A stretch of 64,000 nt of DNA, taken from the NCBI GenBank assembly GCA_001661245.1, contig KV454012.1, positions 1,662,418 to 1,726,417 on the forward strand. The letters run 5' to 3'. Every line of letters starts with the position of its first letter. The stretch's first letter is position 1. Under the pieces are notes generated by a model that had not been told where the DNA came from, did no database searches, and worked only from the letters and a program-made list of their open reading frames with translations. This document shows positions 42,184 to 53,971 of this stretch, piece by piece. The stretch comes from Pachysolen tannophilus NRRL Y-2460. Lineage: Eukaryota. The translations under genes and the position numbers were made by a program.

Positions 42184-44265
42184 TTAGTGTTGGGTGATAC
42201 GCACACAATTTCTTTCCATCATATCTATCAACCTATTACAGGCATATATTTCGAGGTATAACTGTGGGAACGAATCCAAGTTGCTCTGGATAATAATAAT
42301 TTGTTTGTTTTGAAATTCATTGAAATACTTTATCAAGTATGGAGTAAGAGTTACTGTGTCATCTTGGTGCAGTGAGATGAACATATTCTTCAACTTGTCT
42401 AGTACATCGGTAAAACTCATTTCTGATCCAAAACTTTGGTAATGTTTGTAATGTTTATAATTTTGGTACAAATAATTTAAAATTAATTCAAAATGAGTTT
42501 CTTTATCACCATTTATTATATCGTTATGGGTGAAAAAATTAACAAGTTTACAATTTAATGAACATGTCAAAATTAATAAAATCTCATTAATTTTGATATT
42601 AATTTGAGTATTATTTTCAAATGATTTAATAAATAATAATGATAAAATCATTGGGAAAATTTTGGTGATATCAAAATAATAATAAAAAAAATTATTTTCA
42701 ATGTCATTTTTAATGTCATTTCTAATTTCATCTTTATGAGCATTATTTTCATATAATGATGAATAGATTCTTAATTTTGATTTTTCAAAAAGTGAAACTG
42801 ATAAACAAATATTTTCATTTTTATGTAATTCCAGAGAATTAATTCTAAAATTTTTCAAAATATCTTCATTTTCAATTTTATCAATTTTATCCATATAATA
42901 ATTATTTTTTGTGAAAATTCCTTTAATTATTTCTTTATTTTTTTCATTATTCTTTAAAATTTTTATAAATAAATCTAAAATCAAATTAAAAATAAGAAAA
43001 TTTTCTTCTTGATTGGTTAATAATAAAGAATAAAATAAATAAGCTCTGAATCTATCATGACCATTAAATAAGGCTAGAAAATAATCATCAAATATTTTAA
43101 AACCTGTATTGGTGAATTTTTCTAAAGTAATAATTAAACACACAGCATAATTATCATTACGATCTTTCTTTTCATCATCTTTTTCTTCTAATGATATTAA
43201 TATTTGATCAAAAAATAAATTATGGAAAACACTTAAAAATAAATGTTGAACAATTTCTTTATCCGATAATCGAATTACATTTTGTAATAAATCAATATAT
43301 TTAATAAAATCTTTTATATCATTATCATTCCTTGAATGTGCAAATAAATTATTTGAACAAATCTTGTTAAAATTTTTTAAAATTCCTGTTACAATTACCT
43401 TGGGAAAAGATGATAATAATAACCAATTTCTTAATTGCTTATTGTGATTAGAAATCTTGATTAAATCTAATAATGATTCAATGATTAAAGAATTTTCATT
43501 TGATAAATAAAGACAATTGCTCAAAATCTCATAAATTGGGAAACAACATTCACTATTATTATCCAGAGATGGCAAAGTATTTTTACAATATTCATCATGA
43601 ACTAAATTTAAAAACCAATCACTAACAATAAAGTCATTTTTGTTTAAACAAAACTCAGTTAATGTTTTGACAAAACTTAAATAATTTGTTAAAGTTAAAT
43701 TGGAAACATTTTTCTTAATATTGTTTAAATATTTTAAAATATTTAACACAGTAAAATTCAAAATTTTGGATATTTTTAAATTATATTCACCAAAAATTTC
43801 ATAACTATAGTTGTCAATTAAAATTTTCATCAATAACAACAGTTGCTGAATCAATTCCACTGAAGGATAATATAAGCAATTAGAACTATCACTATGTAGC
43901 CCTAATTTTGATATCAAGTAAAAAACATCTTTTTCAATCAAATGAATAAGTTTACTCAATGTATTATTTGCCATTATTGATTTATAAAGCGTTTCAAGGT
44001 TTTTCCTTAAAAGTGATTCGTCAAAATTTTTCACATTTGGCTTAACAAAATAACAACAGCATTAGCATATTATTTTTTTTTTTTTTTGCAATAATAAGGC
44101 CATCAAAAATTATGTAGTATATCTTACATTTGTATATACAATTAATAAAGATTCTCTCGTTTCATTGGTAAGATAAATAAATGTTTGATCACATATTTCA
44201 AACTTATTTTCATTGACTGCATTGGGTGAAACCAATTTTTTTAAATTGCTTGAAAAACTATTCAT
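42184..44265 (-). CDS. Divergent helical-repeat protein, probable FHIP/RAI16-like (FAM160); intron 44041-44127
   Basis: A 46-codon exon 1 (MNSFSSNLKK...VYTN) joins in frame through GTAAGA...TGCTAAT...AAG. LRNWLLLSSFPKVIVTGI, FIKYIDLLQNVI and FENNTQINIKINEIL resemble RAI16-like blocks. Confidence 0.55.
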
Positions 44266-44586
44266 TTCTCAAAGTTTTTTTAGAACTTCGAAGATTCAAC
44301 CAATTTATTCTTGAAAACTTCTATAGTTATAGCATTAGAAAAGTTTTATTCACTCAAGTAATTCTATCATTGATGGGTTTTGTATTTGTGTTTGCTGATC
44401 TGCATCTTACATAACAAGGTGGTGTGTGTACATGATATCAAGTGTCCAAAAGAGGAAATGTTGTTTCAAAGTTCTTGTGGACCAACAGCCAAAAACTTAT
44501 ATAATATTACTTGTTGTTATAGGTTAGTTGTTATAGAATCCGGGGACTCAAGATAAATGTCTCATTAAAAAGAAAGATAGAAAAAT

Positions 44587-44621
<35 letters not shown>

Positions 44622-44699
44622 GTATTTATATGCATAGAATAATAATGAAAGAGGTCATGTCATTCGTCTAGTTCGTTTCCGTTAAATTGTTATTTCATT

Positions 44700-47474
44700 T
44701 CATTTTTTTCTCATTTTTTTACAATAATCAATTAAAATTTTCTTGTACAAAATGCCCATAAATTGCCCATTTTCATGGTTTAATATAGCAATTTCTCTAT
44801 TACCTAGCTTGCTGAAAATGAAATAGCAGTAGGATAACTTCGAGTTATCACTAATCAATATTGGATTATAATCAATAACGTTGACAAAGTTTGTTAAATC
44901 GCTTAACAGCTTAGCTATTAGCTCCAGTGTATCATCTTCATGCACACTATTATTCGCTGCTGTGCTACTTGAAATTATAGAATATACATCTGCATTAGTG
45001 CCGACTGCATCATCATTATCTTTGATCAATTTAATATAGATTTCTTCATTTATATTATACTCTGAAATAAATTCATCAATTTTGTCTAATCTCAATTCCA
45101 AGTCAGGCAATGAAATTAAACCAACAAACTCTTCTTGATCTTTTTCTTCAGTGGTGACATCTCCTATTTTTTTCAACTTTTTAGTTTGTGCAATAATTGG
45201 TAAGCATCCATCAATTAACGAGTTCAGCTTTAAATAATTTAATTTTAGTTTCAACTTTGAGGCTGGGAAATAACCATCATCAACACGAACTATTAAATTT
45301 TCATTTCCACAATCGTCCATTAGTAAATCTTTCAGAGTTGTAAAATTGTTTTCAAAAACTGGTGGGTTTCTATTATCCAAAATTGGAAAATCATTATTAT
45401 CAATCAAAATTTCATATAGTGATCTTGGCTCAATCATATTAGCAATCCAATTGGATACCGCTATAGCAATGGAAATAGGCAAGACATAAGTATAAGAGGA
45501 AGTTAGTTCGAACAAGATTGTTGCTAATGTAACATTCATTCTAGTCACTCCTGCCATAAATGCTCCTGCACCAATCATGGCAAAAATCCCAAGATCAACA
45601 TAAGTTTCTCCATCTCTTAGATGTTTAGAAAATAAAAAAGCAGAAGGATAAAGCATCACAAAATATTGCATTATCATTGCAAATAATCTGCCAAATAGAG
45701 CACCAATAACCATTGAAGGGACATAGATACCAGCTGGTAACTTGATTCCAAACGTAATACTTGTCAAAAAAATTTTGATAATTAAAGCAATAGATAAATA
45801 CCGAATTTCATTTAGGACTTCACCAAATTTGATTATGACAATACTTCCTGCATCAGATAATTGTTTTTCTTCCAAGATAGAACACTTATTTTCAATAGTG
45901 CAGGGACTTGCCAATTTGTATAATAGCTCTGTAGTGGGTGTCTTTGAATATTTATTATAATATGTGGTTAAACCAGTAACTAGGGCGATCAATAAAACTT
46001 CTCTAACAGGATGATGTTTAATCAAGGAATTTTTTCTGAAAAATTTATTCCACCATTGAGTAAATAAGCAAAAACATGCACCAAAAATCCCTCCTGCAAC
46101 TCCAAGAATGATGTAAAAAATTAATTCAACTGGTTCCCAATCTGAGTTATAATGAACTTCAAAAATTACTGTTTTACCAGTTTCGTAAGGATTTAAGAAT
46201 TTTAAAAATAATACTGAAGAAATTGCACAAAAAAATATATGAAACAATTGATTTATAGGTAAATAATAAGCAACTTCTTCAATGACAAATAATACACCAC
46301 CTAATGGCGAACCAAAGGCTAATGCAACACCAGAACCTGCAGCCGCACTCAATATTTGTCTTTTCTCCAATTCATTTGTGTTTATGCTAGTGAAAAGACG
46401 GCAGCATATATTCCCAATACATGTTGATAAATGCACATAAGGGCCTTCCTTACCTAAAGCCATACCAGATGCAATGGCTAATACCAAGGCAGTAGATTTA
46501 CATAATAAGGTCCAAGTACCCAAGAATTTTCTTATAATGAAACCAGATAATATTGTTTTAACTTCAGGAACACCAGAACCATATGCTGTATACCATATTC
46601 TATGATTATTTGTCTTACAATCTTTTCCTCGTAAAGGATTAATAGTTTTCGTTAAAAGTGTAATACGAACTGCCAGAAACGCTAGAATCAAAGTTAAAGC
46701 GACATAAATTGAAAACTCTAATGGGAAAATTGAATTGAAATCATAAAACCTGTCTGACCACATCTTAAAATCTTTACACATTGCAATGTTATTATCTCTA
46801 ATCCAAAATTCTGGTGGTGTCGGTACCATCAGTTTTGAAGAACAGCAAGTGCTTTCACTTAATAGCCAATTTGCGGAACAATATCCTCTTTTCAAATCAA
46901 CCAAGACATTCTCCACTTTATCTATGCTATATGCTAGTAATGAGCAACAAAATGAGATTATCAAAATCAAAACCCAAGATTTTAATTGATCAATATTTTT
47001 AAATATCTTATACTTGAAAGATTTTTTTGATTTTTTATTCAAATATGTTAATCTCTCGGATTGCTTTATTGAATTTTGTAACCAATCTACAGTTGTAAAA
47101 TCATCATAGAAATTTCTCTCTAAATTAGTGTTAGGGCCATTAGCATTATCATTTTGACTATGAATACTATCTTGATGATTTTCAATAGACCCATAATTAG
47201 CTCTCAAGCTACTCTTGTTTCTTATTGAAAGCTGAGATGGAACACTTGCATACCTCATTAAAACCTTTGTTGGGTCTTCAATATTATTTGTATTAGAAGA
47301 CGAGTGCTGATATGTGAAATAATCATTATTAGCGTCGCTATTGATAGTGTTGTTGTTATTGTTATTGTTAATTCTTGGAGATCTTAACGATTGATTATAA
47401 GTAATGTCCAATAACCTTTTTAAAGGAGTAGTTTTATTTTCATTATTGTTATCATTATTATCGTTAGCCATCAT
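44700..47474 (-). CDS. CLC chloride/proton exchanger (Gef1-related, probably a second fungal CLC clade)
   Basis: GSGVPE, GKEGP, FVIEE, PAGIYVP, SLYE and degenerate CBS domains. First ATG at 47474. Confidence 0.93.
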   Translation of the reverse strand: MMANDNNDNNNENKTTPLKRLLDITYNQSLRSPRINNNNNNNTINSDANNDYFTYQHSSSNTNNIEDPTKVLMRYASVPSQLSIRNKSSLRANYGSIENHQDSIHSQNDNANGPNTNLERNFYDDFTTVDWLQNSIKQSERLTYLNKKSKKSFKYKIFKNIDQLKSWVLILIISFCCSLLAYSIDKVENVLVDLKRGYCSANWLLSESTCCSSKLMVPTPPEFWIRDNNIAMCKDFKMWSDRFYDFNSIFPLEFSIYVALTLILAFLAVRITLLTKTINPLRGKDCKTNNHRIWYTAYGSGVPEVKTILSGFIIRKFLGTWTLLCKSTALVLAIASGMALGKEGPYVHLSTCIGNICCRLFTSINTNELEKRQILSAAAGSGVALAFGSPLGGVLFVIEEVAYYLPINQLFHIFFCAISSVLFLKFLNPYETGKTVIFEVHYNSDWEPVELIFYIILGVAGGIFGACFCLFTQWWNKFFRKNSLIKHHPVREVLLIALVTGLTTYYNKYSKTPTTELLYKLASPCTIENKCSILEEKQLSDAGSIVIIKFGEVLNEIRYLSIALIIKIFLTSITFGIKLPAGIYVPSMVIGALFGRLFAMIMQYFVMLYPSAFLFSKHLRDGETYVDLGIFAMIGAGAFMAGVTRMNVTLATILFELTSSYTYVLPISIAIAVSNWIANMIEPRSLYEILIDNNDFPILDNRNPPVFENNFTTLKDLLMDDCGNENLIVRVDDGYFPASKLKLKLNYLKLNSLIDGCLPIIAQTKKLKKIGDVTTEEKDQEEFVGLISLPDLELRLDKIDEFISEYNINEEIYIKLIKDNDDAVGTNADVYSIISSSTAANNSVHEDDTLELIAKLLSDLTNFVNVIDYNPILISDNSKLSYCYFIFSKLGNREIAILNHENGQFMGILYKKILIDYCKKMRKK

Positions 47475-48010
47475 GCAAGTAGCCAACTGACTAAAACGTT
47501 AAAGCAAGAGTATATCAGTTGGCTGAATGTTGTATATCCAAATGAATGAATTAATTGTATTAATTATATTATTTAAATGAAAATATAGTGTGGGAAGGAG
47601 ATAAAAAAATATAAAAACAAAAAAAAAAAAAAAATTAATTTGAATTTTATGGAAAATTGGTGATGGAATTAATTACAATTACAAAAATTAAATTAAAAAG
47701 ACTGGGAAGGGAGTAGAGATGGGATCTAGATAGGATTTACCGCTTAATTATTAATTGTAAAGAGTGGTAGAAGCTTTTTTTTTTTTTTTTATTTTTTTTT
47801 ATTTGAGTTGTTCTTGATTTTAATTGTTAATTTTCTTTAGTTGGTCTGTTACTCTAGATAAATTTGAAGAGTGGGTTTGATATTGTTTAGAATAATGGTA
47901 GTATTAGTATTAGTAGAAGTGCTATTGCTACCACTACTGCTAATTCTATTGAGTTTATTTTTGTTGTTTGTGCTGCTGGTTTGATTATTGAAATTGTCTT
48001 GTTGTTTAAA

Positions 48011-48910
48011 ATGAATTTGAATACGATTAATGGAGATAACAATTATGATGATCCAATTATTATTCGTACATTAGTTCCCAAGATTTTATTAAATATACTT
48101 TTTGATCCATCTTTAGTACAATTTATTAATAAGAAATATCGTATGGTTAAGATTGAAGAGAAAAGGCAAGCTTATAATTTATCATTTACCATTTTAGAGA
48201 TTAATTTTAATACAACAGATTTTGTTATACCAATTATTATAATTTTATCAAAAATTTTAAATGGTAAAATTATAAATACAAATTATAAATTTTTCCAAAA
48301 TTTATATTTAAAAAATATTCATTATGATTATAAGAGTTCAATTTTTATTCCAAAAAAATTTTATTATGGTCATTCTTTTACAAATAAACAATTTGAAAAA
48401 TTAATTAAAGAAAGAAAAATTTCAATAATTTCTTTACCTGATTGTGATGAAGTATTAGTAAATATAAATAAAATTCATTTTAATGAATTTTTCAATATAA
48501 TTAAATCAAATTTAAATTTATACAAGAATTGTTATAATAATAATAATAATAATAATAATGATAATAATAATAAGAAAGAATTTAAATATTTTAATAAGAT
48601 AAATACTGAAGAATTGGTATATAATAAAATTTCTAGAAAATATCAAGATTGTCAATCTATAATGAGCAAATATAGTGCAGTAAGACATATTATTGAATAT
48701 AGATCATGTTGTTATTTAAATTTTATAACAAGTAATAATGATTTGGGACATGATTTAAATTCAAATCAAATTTATTTAGAAATTATTGGACCTTATGATT
48801 ATAACGTTAATTTCGCAGAACAACTATTGGATAAGTATATCGACAAGATAAGAACTAGGAGAGAAACAGATTTTGCTGCTGATACTAAAAACCAAGATAT
48901 ATCCATCTAA
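48011..48910 (+). CDS. Uncharacterised protein with a possible degenerate C-terminal KH domain
   Basis: About 299 codons open in very AT-rich DNA. The C-terminal IMSKYSAVRHIIEYRSCCYLNF...YLEIIG....VNFAEQLL follows KH spacing. Confidence 0.55.
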   Translation: MNLNTINGDNNYDDPIIIRTLVPKILLNILFDPSLVQFINKKYRMVKIEEKRQAYNLSFTILEINFNTTDFVIPIIIILSKILNGKIINTNYKFFQNLYLKNIHYDYKSSIFIPKKFYYGHSFTNKQFEKLIKERKISIISLPDCDEVLVNINKIHFNEFFNIIKSNLNLYKNCYNNNNNNNNDNNNKKEFKYFNKINTEELVYNKISRKYQDCQSIMSKYSAVRHIIEYRSCCYLNFITSNNDLGHDLNSNQIYLEIIGPYDYNVNFAEQLLDKYIDKIRTRRETDFAADTKNQDISI

Positions 48911-49319
48911 TTACTCTATTTATTTATTTATTTATTCTATTTATTTTATTTATTTAATTAATTATATGCTTTACTGGGGGGAGGTAGGCGGGAAATGGAA
49001 ATAGAAATAGGGGGAGATTCCTTCCCTTTCTTACAAAGAGATTTTTAAAAAATTAACCAACCCCATGTTCTTTCAGCCCCGATGTGGCTCCGCCGCCCCG
49101 TCTCTCCCAAATTGGGCGGAGATTTTCGCGAATTTTTTCTTTCTTTTGCAAGGAAAAATTCACCCAAAAAAGTGAGATAAAAATGAAATGGAGAAAATTT
49201 AAACTGGTTTTAACTAAGATAGTATTAAATTAAATTAAATATATAATACTTGTAATTGAATTTAATATATTAATTTCTAGTTGAGTTGAATATATATATT
49301 TATATATTTATAATTTAAA

Positions 49320-50381
<1,062 letters not shown>

Positions 50382-50535
50382 AGAAATAATGTTTAAAAAT
50401 AACTATATATATATAAAAAAAAAAGTAACTTTTAAAACAATAAAATAGTTGATAAAAAAAAAAAAATGAATATCGAAGGAGAAGTGATAAAGCTAAATTC
50501 CAAAAATTTTCGAAATGAAATTGAAAAAAATATAT

Positions 50536-50571
<36 letters not shown>

Positions 50572-50943
50572 NNNNNNNNNNNNNNNNNNNNNNNNNNNNN
50601 NNNNNNNNNNNNNNNNNNNNNNNNNNNNNNNNNNNNNNNNNNNNNNNNNNNNNNNNNNNNNNNNNNNNNNNNNNNNNNNNNNNNNNNNNNNNNNNNNNNN
50701 NNNNNNNNNNNNNNNNNNNNNNNNNNNNNNNNNNNNNNNNNNNNNNNNNNNNNNNNNNNNNNNNNNNNNNNNNNNNNNNNNNNNNNNNNNNNNNNNNNNN
50801 NNNNNNNNNNNNNNNNNNNNNNNNNNNNNNNNNNNNNNNNNNNNNNNNNNNNNNNNNNNNNNNNNNNNNNNNNNNNNNNNNNNNNNNNNNNNNNNNNNNN
50901 NNNNNNNNNNNNNNNNNNNNNNNNNNNNNNNNNNNNNNNNNNN
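50572..50943. other. Assembly gap (N run)
   Basis: Run of n. Confidence 1.
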
Positions 50944-51685
50944 AAAAAAAAAAAAAAAAAGCAGATAAAATATTACTTTATAATTAATAGTTTTTGTTAA
51001 TAGCTTTCTTGTTATTTCCCCAGAGAACATTTTGGTTCTTATTCAAGTGTAACCTTTTTTTTTTTTTTTTTATTTTACTTTATTTTTTTTTTCTTCTTCT
51101 TCATCTTTCTCTATTTTTTATATATTCATTTTTATTATTTTTTCTTATATTTTATATTGTTATCGGGGAATTGATGTATTGTTACAATTTTAAGCCCTAA
51201 TATTTTTTATAGCAGCGTTAACTTAGATTAAAATAATTGAATATCAATAAAGTAGAGTAGTAGAATAATTATCAGTTGATTTATCTTTTCCGTATATAAT
51301 ATAAATTAAAGAAAGAGCCACTTTTATCGTATGTTGCAGTGGCTGCTACTGCAGTTGGTAATAAATTCAGATCTGCTTTATTGGTATAAATTTGAAATTT
51401 CACTTTGAAACTGAAGCATTTAAAAAAAACACACTTTTTACAACTTGTTCTTGACTCCTACAGAATAATTTGGAAAATGTTTTTGGCTAATATAGCGTAT
51501 ATCTGCATTTTTACTTACCAGTAGTATTAACTTTTAAGAAGTTATTTTTGATAACAAGATGGGAACTATGATAAAATAAATAATAAAAATAATCAAAATA
51601 GGACAAAAAAAAAGAATAAAAAAAAAACATAGGAAAGAAAGAAAAAACCTAACAAAACATTTGGCTGTATTAAAAATCAAACTTC

Positions 51686-53314
51686 TTATTTGGCCCATTC
51701 TTCACCTTTCAATAAACCTGTTTGTCTTGGAATATATTCAACTCTATGATATGAATTAAGGTTTTTTCTTAAGGTAATTTGATAACAAGTAGCACCACCA
51801 TCTCTTGAAATAATCGTTGATGAAGCCAAGAAAAATTCCCAAATTCTAAACCATTTAATACCATACTTGTTGACAACTTTATCCTTGTTAGACATCCAGT
51901 TTAAGTACCATCTGTATAAAGTAGCTGAATAATGAACACCAATATTGTCAACAGCAACAACTTCGAAACCAACACCTTCCAATTTAGATGTAACAAAATC
52001 TAATGGGGTTGAAGCATCAGCACCTGGGAAAATGTACTTGTTCATGAATAATCCCCATTGTAAATCTTCATATTGCCATGGTTTTCTTAAACCAGAATAT
52101 TGGAAACAAATTATACCATCATCTTCAAGCATATCATATAATTGTTGTAAAAATGAACCAAATTTTCTAATACCAACATGTTCAGCCATCTCAAGACAAG
52201 TAATCTTATCATATTTCTTGGTTTTACCATCACTATCTTTAGGTAATGGTGTATCTCTGTAATCATGACATAAAATTTTGGATTGAGATTCTGGAATACC
52301 ATATTTCTTTAATTGTTCATTACCATATTTAGTTTGATTTTTACCCAATGTAATACCTGTGACTTTAGCACCATATTTATAAGAAGCAAAAGAAGCAAGA
52401 GTACCCCAACCACAACCAAGATCTAATAATTGTTCACCTGGTTTCAAATCAATTTTTTCTAATACTGTTTTCAATTTGTTATCTTGAAGTTGTTCCAAAG
52501 TTTCAGACTTGTTAATATCTGAAATAACACCAGAAGTATAAATCATTCTGTCACCTAAGAACCAACTATAAAAATCATCACCACGATCATAATGATCTCT
52601 AACTTGTTCTTCATCTTGAGACTTGGTGTGCATAATAACTTCTGGAATCATATCCAAGAGAAAATATTTGAATAAACTAATGGTGAATTTGAAATTACAC
52701 CAATCATGTCTATATTCTAAAATATCTAATGCATCACCTTTAAAAGAAACTTTATTGGCAAAATATAATTCATGAAAAGTTTCATATGGAATTTTATTTT
52801 GACCAGAATATTTCTTGGCAAGTTCCTCATCATGAAATTCCAAATAATATTCAACACCTCTGTTTGGTAACTTAACTTTTTCATTAATACGTGGAGAATA
52901 TGTTGAAAGTACAGTCCAGTAAGCCATTAAAATTGGAATGACCAATAAGATAGTGAAAAAGATAAAAGTCTTAAAACCACCTCTAAACTTTCTTGTAACA
53001 AAATACGGAATCAAAACAACAATGGCAATCAACAACAAATTAGAAAAATGTTTTGAACCAGGACCATCTGCTGGCAATGGAGCATTTTTAATACATGGAT
53101 ACTAATTGAATAAAATAAAAATAATAATAATAATAATAATAATTGTTAATATTCCAACTTGAAAAAAAAAAAAAAAAAATTCAAATTAGTTACTCACGTT
53201 TGTTGTTCTATAACCACAATCAAATTCATCAAGTTTACGAGTTCCCGATGATTGCTGTTGATCATTGGATGCTTGATTTCCAACAAACTCATAAGAAGAA
53301 CTTGGTGACGCCAT
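51686..53314 (-). CDS. MTS1: Sphingolipid C9-methyltransferase (glucosylceramide pathway); intron 53102-53197
   Basis: Spliced CGYRTTN|YPCIKNAPLPADG (GTGAGT...TAG). QDEEQVRDHYDRGDDFY, LDLGCGWG, CLEMAEHVG and YIFPGADAS (CFA-synthase-like). Confidence 0.93.
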
Positions 53315-53876
53315 TGGAAGTACAATATTGCTTTTTTTTTCCTCTTTCTTTCTTTCTTTCTTCTCTAATTTAACCTTTTCCAACAATAATAGAAATTAGA
53401 ATTTTCTTACTTCTTTACGATTGCTATCACTATGGAATTATAAAAGACAGAATTAAATCAGATTTAAATAATTTATATTTTGAAAAATTGCCAGCTATTC
53501 ATAATGCTGCAATCTTCCAATCTTTTATATGGATGAAATTTTTCCACTTTTTGCTACACGTAAAGATTTCGACAATTTTTTACACGTTTAAAATCAACAT
53601 ATTAAAATAATAATAAACGACGAAATGGATGTTAAAAAATAGGGTCAATTTCTAATTAAAGTGTATAAAGCGATCAATATTTTGTATAAAAGAATTCAAG
53701 TTATATGAAAGTTTAAGTTTTGGAAAAGAAATGCCAAAAACAAGAAAATAATAAAAATTGCCAATAACCCATTGAACAATAAAACGTATGAAATAAAAAA
53801 TGAACCAGTTTTCCTATAATCTAAATTGAAACAACAAATAAAAAAAAAAAAAAAAATCAAAACAAAAAATTGTAAT

Positions 53877-53907
<31 letters not shown>

Positions 53908-53971
53908 CTATGCATGTGGAGATGTAAACGATATAAAGTAAAGTAAAGTAATCTTTCTTACTTATCATGTT

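Noticed and set aside
41439..42208. Phe/Lys-rich ORFs in intergenic DNA (also 19360-19542, 57250-58807, 59466-59870)
   Set aside because: Translations of homopolymer tracts, with no protein-like features.
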